From assembly GCA_026014495.1 (NCBI GenBank), contig JAOZIF010000102.1, forward strand, positions 1 through 12,066: 12,066 bases of DNA. The letters are read 5' to 3'. A program made the position numbers and the translations under genes. The notes below the pieces were generated by a model. That model was not told where the DNA came from and did not search any database. It saw only the letters and a program-made list of their open reading frames with translations. Source of the stretch: Candidatus Bathyarchaeum sp. Lineage in GTDB: Archaea; Thermoproteota; Bathyarchaeia; Bathyarchaeales; Bathyarchaeaceae. Below are positions 7,061 through 12,066 of this stretch, in pieces (position 1 is the first letter of the stretch; every line of letters starts with the position of its first letter).

Positions 7061-7528
7061 ATGGTAACTAAAGAAGCCTTAATCACAGGCATGATGCTCA
7101 TGCTCGTCACATACACATTAGGTTTATCTCTAGTAAGTCAAGCATTCCCTGCAGGACAAACAAGCACAACATTCTCCAGCACGGGGTCAATACAGATACA
7201 AACTAGTGCTGGAATTGGCGTTTATTTAGATTCAGAGTGTGGGACACAATTAGACTCCATGTCATGGGGAACCCTTCAACCAGGAGGAAGCCAAACAACG
7301 ACATGTTACATAAAAAATGAAGGTAGTTCAGCAACTACACTATCTTTGGAAACTGATGGGTGGAGCCCCACATCTGCTGAGACTTACCTTAATCTGAACT
7401 GGGACTATAGTGGCGATCCAATCAATCCAAATGAAATGGTACAAGTTACGTTAACATTGTCAGTAGATTCAAGTATCGAAGGAATATCATCGTTCAGTTT
7501 CGACATCACCATTGTTGGAACCAGTTAA
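7061..7528 (+). CDS. Secreted or N-terminally anchored beta-sandwich (Ig-like) hypothetical protein
   Basis: N-terminal hydrophobic segment (aa ~7-28); Ser/Thr/Gly-rich acidic mature part with alternating beta-strand patterns (WGTLQPG, CYIKNEG, LNWDYSG, VTLTLSV, FSFDITIVG); one Cys pair. Confidence 0.85.
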   Translation: MVTKEALITGMMLMLVTYTLGLSLVSQAFPAGQTSTTFSSTGSIQIQTSAGIGVYLDSECGTQLDSMSWGTLQPGGSQTTTCYIKNEGSSATTLSLETDGWSPTSAETYLNLNWDYSGDPINPNEMVQVTLTLSVDSSIEGISSFSFDITIVGTS

Positions 7529-7539
7529 TATCCACAGAA

Positions 7540-7570
7540 GTTCCATATATGGAACAATCCCTTTTTCTCT
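7540..7570 (+). terminator. Hairpin plus T-tract after the 155-aa gene
   Basis: Perfect 16-bp palindrome GTTCCATATATGGAAC (7540-7555), 11 nt after the stop, followed by AATCCCTTTTTCTCT. Confidence 0.5.
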
Positions 7571-7714
7571 TAAGAGTTAAATGTAAATGTTAGAAATTCA
7601 CAAACCGTCTTGTTGAAAGCATAATTGTCACGAAAGACGTTTTTGCGACATATATGAAGCGCACATGGGTTTTTAAGAAATAAACAAAACAGCGAGGGAA
7701 GTTTTGTTGGGTTT

Positions 7715-7921
7715 TTAGTTGTATGGCATGATTAAGCCTATCAGAACGGTGGCTACAAATGATGCGCCTAAAAGTAGCGCCACTAGTTGCATTTTTTGTT
7801 TGTCTATCGCAAAGTATCCAAAGCTAGTTGAGTAGGGAATTATTACTTTTGAAGTTGCTAGTAAAATAAGCGCCATTACTGCCAGCCAAAGACTAATGTC
7901 AGATAGTGATAGTGGAAGCAA
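7715..7921 (-). CDS. Small two-TM membrane protein (68 aa), hypothetical
   Basis: Two hydrophobic helices separated by a short loop containing IDKQK; TTG start with GGAGG SD 9 nt upstream, overlapping the previous gene's last codons; 5-nt intergenic gap. Confidence 0.75.
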   Translation of the reverse strand: MLPLSLSDISLWLAVMALILLATSKVIIPYSTSFGYFAIDKQKMQLVALLLGASFVATVLIGLIMPYN

Positions 7922-7926
7922 CGTGA

Positions 7927-9024
7927 TTATCCTCCAATTGTTTGATACCAGATGTCAACGGTTTTCAGGTCGGGCGTCACGTTGCTCTTGATTATAGTTA
8001 CTGGTTTTCCAATTGTCGTCGCTAGGGCGCATGCTATTGCACTTGTTAGCGGGCAGCCAATAACATGTACGCTTTTTAGCATCCGCTCTTTGGAGTATAA
8101 GTTTCTGTAGACCGAGTGTGTGATCTTTACATGAATACTATCGTTTTCTGGTTCAATTTCAAAGTCAGCAGCTAACTCTAAAGTGTCTACAATTAACCGT
8201 TGTAAGCTATCATACAAACTTTCGCGATCAATTTTTGTAAAGCTCATCTTTAGTTCAGTCTCGAAGATGCTTAGGAGTTCAGAGCCTGGAGGCGTAATGC
8301 ATAGGCCTTCAGGATTTTTAACCAAAAATTGACTTTTCACCAATTCTTCTATGGCAGGCATGCTTACTGTATCATTAGCTGAAATGAAAACCACTAGTTC
8401 TTTTAATCCTTTTAGATGTTCTGGAAGATATGCCTCTTTTGGATATGGTGGAATGTGTACAGAGTTGCCTGTGTAATGTAGGTCGTCTAGCGCACGATCA
8501 ATCGTTTTGTAAAAAGAAAGAACAGTGGAATCCAAGATGTCAGCTCTCACGAAACTTGTTGGTCTAACAAAAAGGAATAAAACACCCCAGAAAGTCAAAC
8601 TCAAACCAATCAATGTAAGAATTGTTGAGGCTAGTATAATGGAGTATAGAAGCAGCAACGCTCCGAAGATGAGAAGCAAAACGCCTATTTTGTGGGATGG
8701 CATTTGTTTAGACTTCGATGTTCCGTGCATTGCTGGTTGGTTTGGTTTCACTAACAACGTGTTTGAAGTAGCAACAGGCGGGGAATGCACTGAATCGCGA
8801 GTAAATTTTTTTGACAACAATTCAGTAAAAAATATTGCAAATAACGAAATTAAGTAAAATATGACATTAACTGATGACAACGACTCTATGAAGGTTTTAT
8901 TCCACACGACCATTGGTTGGACATGCGCCCAATAAATGAACCAAACTGCCGCCAATAAGAAAAGAAGCTGCAGAGCTCTGATTCCTTTGGATATACCAGA
9001 TTTCTGAGTTTGTTGATCAGTCAT
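7927..9024 (-). CDS. Conserved archaeal membrane protein (about 4 TM) with a cytoplasmic C-terminal alpha/beta domain, possibly V4R/H-NOX/Bet3-like
   Basis: ORF 7927..9075; ATG9024 (MTDQQ) preferred because GGTGA lies 8 nt upstream and it avoids overlap with the sortase. Two TM pairs, then a soluble domain with GLCITPPG and GCPLTSAIACALA..IGKPVTI. Confidence 0.8.
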   Translation of the reverse strand: MTDQQTQKSGISKGIRALQLLFLLAAVWFIYWAHVQPMVVWNKTFIESLSSVNVIFYLISLFAIFFTELLSKKFTRDSVHSPPVATSNTLLVKPNQPAMHGTSKSKQMPSHKIGVLLLIFGALLLLYSIILASTILTLIGLSLTFWGVLFLFVRPTSFVRADILDSTVLSFYKTIDRALDDLHYTGNSVHIPPYPKEAYLPEHLKGLKELVVFISANDTVSMPAIEELVKSQFLVKNPEGLCITPPGSELLSIFETELKMSFTKIDRESLYDSLQRLIVDTLELAADFEIEPENDSIHVKITHSVYRNLYSKERMLKSVHVIGCPLTSAIACALATTIGKPVTIIKSNVTPDLKTVDIWYQTIGG

Positions 9025-9062
9025 AAAAGTCATCACCAAATCTAATCCAATGTATTTTAAGA

Positions 9063-11147
9063 TTATGGCCTCCAAACAAGTTGAGGCTTATCAGTTATCT
9101 TTTTTATGGCTTTTTCCACAAGACCGTTTTCTTGAAGATGAGTCAACATATTCATTAGCTCTTCTGTTTGGAGAGATTCACTTGTGGCTTGTTCAATTGC
9201 GTGAGCAAGCTCTTCAGTTGTTGCTCCAGTTCCTTCATTTAGATTCTGCAATGTGTGATATAACAGCTTCTCATGTGTAGAGCCGAGGTTTTCAAAAAGT
9301 TTTAGGGAGTCCATTTTTTTTCTCCATTTTTGCTTGTAGTGAATAATTACAGTCACAATTATGAAAGTTATCGATATAAAGAGTAGTACTTGCAAAATGG
9401 GAATACTCAATGAAAAAAGAGATTGACTTTTGAGAGGTTCCCAGTATGTTGAAATTGCCTGAGCAAAAGTTAACAACTCATCTTCCAGTGCCGAGTATGA
9501 TGTTGAGTCGGGCGCCATAATTATCAGGCTTATTCTAACAAATTTTTGTTCAACAGTAAATCCAGTGTTGAACAACGCCTCTTCGTACCAGTATAAAGTA
9601 AGTTGAGTATAGTTATCGGGACTCTCAAACACAAAATAACGACCAATAATAGGTGGATTTTCCAGTAGCTGAATATCTCTTGAATCAATAACTGATACAG
9701 AAGGGGAGCGTCCGTGAGCAGTTTGCCAAGTAACATAACAAACTTCCCAGTTATGAAGGGTTGTTATCGAATCTGCAACTCCGATATCGACGTAAACCGT
9801 TTGTGTGGAGGCGTTCAAGGGCACATAGGCATACATTAGTGAAGCATCCTGACCAGATACTTCTTCGTAGTCAACATCACGGTAAAGGAATCTGAAGAGA
9901 TGCCCGTCAAACTCTGGAAAAATTTCAGCAGTATTTTCCATGTTTGGGTCATTGAACGTTAATCCTTGAGCAAAAGCGAACACAGGTGATTGTATACTTA
10001 AAGCGACCAAAAATAAACTCGTCATCAAAACAGAAGCTTTTATCCAGAATTTCTTTGGAAGTTTTGTGTGAAAATTGACGTTTTGAAGGAAGTTTCCGCA
10101 ATAATAGCAGAAGGATTCTTGTTTTTGGAGGCTAGTGCTGCAACTTGAACATGTCTGTAATTTGTTTGGTCGTCTGAATAGTTGTAAGTGTAAGAACTTT
10201 TCACTAATTAACAAGAGTCCCAGTATTCCACAGAAAACAAGAATCCAACCTGCTAGCCCATGGAATAGAGTCATAGCTAGTGCTTCGCCAAACCAGTAGC
10301 CAATTGCAATAATGGTAGATATTCTAATGATGTTTAGTGCTTGTAATAATACAAACCCAAAAAGAAAGAAACATGCCTTTTTGACAAGTGAGCCATCAAT
10401 TATGTATGCAAGAAAAGTGGCAAACATAACAAATGTAATTAATGAATAAATTCCTGAACAAGCTAGATCTACGGAAAATAGCATTGGTGTTTCTGAAGCA
10501 GTGTTAACGGCAATTGTTGGGGATCCATACGTAGAGTCTAGAATCACAGGCAGACCTAACGTTTTAAGCAACGTATAAGATGCCTGTGTGTTGAAGTTAC
10601 CAATTAGTGCACCTATTGTGTATGTTACTTCGGAGGGGATGGGTATGAAAAACAAAAGAAACAGAATGGGAAAAGCGATTACAATAGACGCTTTAAAGTT
10701 GAAAAGTATGAGCACTACTCCAGTAAGAAAAATTGGAAGAGAAACGAGATGATATTCAAGCGGGTAAAATGTTGAAGAGCCGTACCAGTATATAAGAAAT
10801 GAAAGGAGACAAAAACACAAGCCAACAACTTCGCTCAAAAAAGGGGGACTGGAACCCTGACGCAAATTCTCAAACTCTAAACTAGCTTTAAGAGAATCTC
10901 TTTTTCTGTATGCAATATATGCAGCTAAAACAGGAACAATAAGAACGTATGTTACTGCTTCGTTATACAGTGCTTCGTTGACTAAAAGTGAAAGATCATT
11001 CCAATAAACAATAAGAACCGTTAACAAAATTACAACTGCCGAAAGCGTAACATGAGGATTTCTTTTCAAATTTCGGATTACGTCTCGAAAAACGCTAGTC
11101 AATAGCCTCACCATTTCAAATAAGTGGTCATTGCATCTAGTTGTCAC
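9063..11147 (-). CDS. Exosortase/archaeosortase family protein fused to a zinc ribbon, an EpsI-like extracellular domain and a C-terminal winged-helix-like domain
   Basis: Multi-TM N-terminal half with FLLFFIPIP, VDLACSGIYSL (Cys230), LNIIRI (Arg275) and LFHGLAGW (His296), the exosortase/archaeosortase catalytic triad pattern. Then CSSC-x10-CYYCG, a TM, a soluble domain with TLHNWEVCY, a TM plus KQKWRKK, and ATTEELAHAI...LMNMLTHLQENGLVEK. The start may be ATG11114. Confidence 0.92.
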   Translation of the reverse strand: MTTRCNDHLFEMVRLLTSVFRDVIRNLKRNPHVTLSAVVILLTVLIVYWNDLSLLVNEALYNEAVTYVLIVPVLAAYIAYRKRDSLKASLEFENLRQGSSPPFLSEVVGLCFCLLSFLIYWYGSSTFYPLEYHLVSLPIFLTGVVLILFNFKASIVIAFPILFLLFFIPIPSEVTYTIGALIGNFNTQASYTLLKTLGLPVILDSTYGSPTIAVNTASETPMLFSVDLACSGIYSLITFVMFATFLAYIIDGSLVKKACFFLFGFVLLQALNIIRISTIIAIGYWFGEALAMTLFHGLAGWILVFCGILGLLLISEKFLHLQLFRRPNKLQTCSSCSTSLQKQESFCYYCGNFLQNVNFHTKLPKKFWIKASVLMTSLFLVALSIQSPVFAFAQGLTFNDPNMENTAEIFPEFDGHLFRFLYRDVDYEEVSGQDASLMYAYVPLNASTQTVYVDIGVADSITTLHNWEVCYVTWQTAHGRSPSVSVIDSRDIQLLENPPIIGRYFVFESPDNYTQLTLYWYEEALFNTGFTVEQKFVRISLIIMAPDSTSYSALEDELLTFAQAISTYWEPLKSQSLFSLSIPILQVLLFISITFIIVTVIIHYKQKWRKKMDSLKLFENLGSTHEKLLYHTLQNLNEGTGATTEELAHAIEQATSESLQTEELMNMLTHLQENGLVEKAIKKITDKPQLVWRP

Positions 11148-11241
11148 AAAATCAATTTTCAGAATTCTCTGGTTGTTAAGAGTTCAATGTTCAAAATAAA
11201 CTAAAAAAATGGTGAGACACTTAACAAAAAGTGAAAGATTG

Positions 11242-11751
11242 TTATCGTTCACAAATCACTTTTTTCTTTTTGACAATATATAGTCCTGTGGCTCCAAGAA
11301 ATGCTGCTACAGCAGCAATTGTTCCAAATGGAAACTCAGGAACGACATTAGGTTTCCATTGACTGCGACAGAAGAAACGCCAAAAGGACCATAGAAACCA
11401 TGGGCATCCTGTTGCTTTTGCAGAAACAGAGTATTCTCCTTCAGATGTTGCGATAACAGTTCCTACATACTTTACTGTATTTGTGTCCTCTAGCACTATT
11501 TCAAGATCGTACCACTCTGCAATAGATATATTGTTTGGGTCATAAACGATAACGTCGTGAATTGTAATTGTTTGGTTTGGGTCAATTGCTTCTGCTTTAA
11601 CGTAGATGTTCACTGCTTCTCCGGTTAAGTAGGTGTCTTTGTTGGTGTAGATTATGAAAGATTCTGTTGTTGCGTCTGCCATTGTTAATGGAACAAACAA
11701 GAACATCATACATAGTGCAATACTTATCACCACAATTGATGTTTTCCGCAT
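11242..11751 (-). CDS. PEF-CTERM (VPEF) protein-sorting-domain surface protein
   Basis: N-terminal signal peptide (MRK + hydrophobic + TMADA). C-terminal tripartite signal NVVPEFPF + TM (GTIAAVAAFLGATGLYIV) + KKKK. Mature domain begins IYTNKDTYLTGEAV (TDK..Y..GE.V-like, as in MG2/Ig-like domains); sequons NQT and NIS. Confidence 0.9.
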   Translation of the reverse strand: MRKTSIVVISIALCMMFLFVPLTMADATTESFIIYTNKDTYLTGEAVNIYVKAEAIDPNQTITIHDVIVYDPNNISIAEWYDLEIVLEDTNTVKYVGTVIATSEGEYSVSAKATGCPWFLWSFWRFFCRSQWKPNVVPEFPFGTIAAVAAFLGATGLYIVKKKKVICER

Positions 11752-11889
11752 TATTTTTTCACACAGTCAACAATTCAGCAAATTTTCATATTTAAAATAG
11801 TAAGAAAACTTAAACTAGAAAAAGGCACCAAAAAGTCTAGAATAAACGTAGCTAAACTGGACCATATCTACTCAAAGAACAAACCAAAA

Positions 11890-12066
11890 TCACGAGCTTG
11901 TTGTTTTTTCATAATAGTCAAACAGTTTTAGTAAATTCGTAGAAAAATTAGTCTCGTTAAACTGTTCCACGGTCTGCATCATATTGCGCGTGTTGTTTGG
12001 GGTCCAGCCAGTAACGAAGGCTTCTATTTTTTGTACAGCTTCAGTGATATTGTTGTATCTGTAATT
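11890..12066 (-). CDS. C-terminal end of a truncated CDS, probably a family 4 (GT-B) glycosyltransferase
   Basis: Open frame from the window end: NYRYNNITEAVQKIEAFVTGWTPNNTRNMMQTVEQFNETNFSTNLLKLFDYYEKTTSS* (TGA at 11890-11892). The helix pattern (Y.Y....EA...I......  ...F....F...L..L) resembles GT4 C-termini; only 58 aa are visible. Confidence 0.5.
   Translation of the reverse strand, partial: NYRYNNITEAVQKIEAFVTGWTPNNTRNMMQTVEQFNETNFSTNLLKLFDYYEKTTSS

Noticed and set aside
7061-7150. Class III (type IV pilin/archaellin) signal peptide in the 155-aa protein
   Set aside because: There is no K/R-G/A cleavage motif directly before the hydrophobic stretch (KEAL does not fit).
8525-9736. ORFs 8525..8857, 9050..9280 and 9530..9736
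   Set aside because: Antisense or out-of-frame overlaps of the membrane protein and sortase genes, with no independent evidence. The 278..511 ORF is rejected for the same reason.
9909-9917. Internal PEF tripeptide (IFPEFDG) in the sortase, suggesting self-processing
   Set aside because: It is not followed by a TM plus basic tail, and a tripeptide match in 694 aa is plausible by chance; revisit only if conserved in orthologues.
11890-12066. Four N-X-S/T sequons in the 58-aa terminal fragment, suggesting an extracellular glycoprotein
   Set aside because: The helical pattern fits a cytoplasmic GT4 C-terminus better and the fragment is Asn-rich; the upstream sequence is needed to decide.
1-12066. 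CRISPR array, tRNA/rRNA, IS or integrase
   Set aside because: No regularly spaced repeats, cloverleaf or rRNA-like segments, or transposase/recombinase motifs were seen by eye.

Overview
AT-rich archaeal-type DNA; the gene families suggest Bathyarchaeia/TACK, which is an inference from recalled family distributions. Left part: a 5'-truncated, sequon-rich surface protein with possible clan GH-A catalytic Glu motifs, two micro-ORFs missed by the ORF track (a 36-aa CxxC..CPxC zinc finger and a 22-aa Asp/Glu/Trp peptide with a strong SD), a Mut7-C RNase divergent from a cysteine desulfurase (IscS/NifS type, no adjacent IscU), and two convergent nucleotide-sugar enzymes (extended SDR epimerase, Gfo/Idh/MocA dehydrogenase). 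Middle: a YdjM-like membrane hydrolase, a small membrane-anchored Cys-cluster protein and a secreted beta-rich protein. Right part, the most interesting: a minus-strand run of a probable glycosyltransferase (C-terminus only), a VPEF-CTERM surface protein, a 694-aa exosortase/archaeosortase (Cys230/Arg275/His296) fused to a zinc ribbon, an extracellular EpsI-like domain and a cytoplasmic winged-helix-like tail, then two tightly linked membrane proteins of unknown function. This looks like a complete archaeal protein-sorting/glycosylation module with an unusual multidomain sortase. No rRNA, tRNA, CRISPR array or mobile element was recognised.
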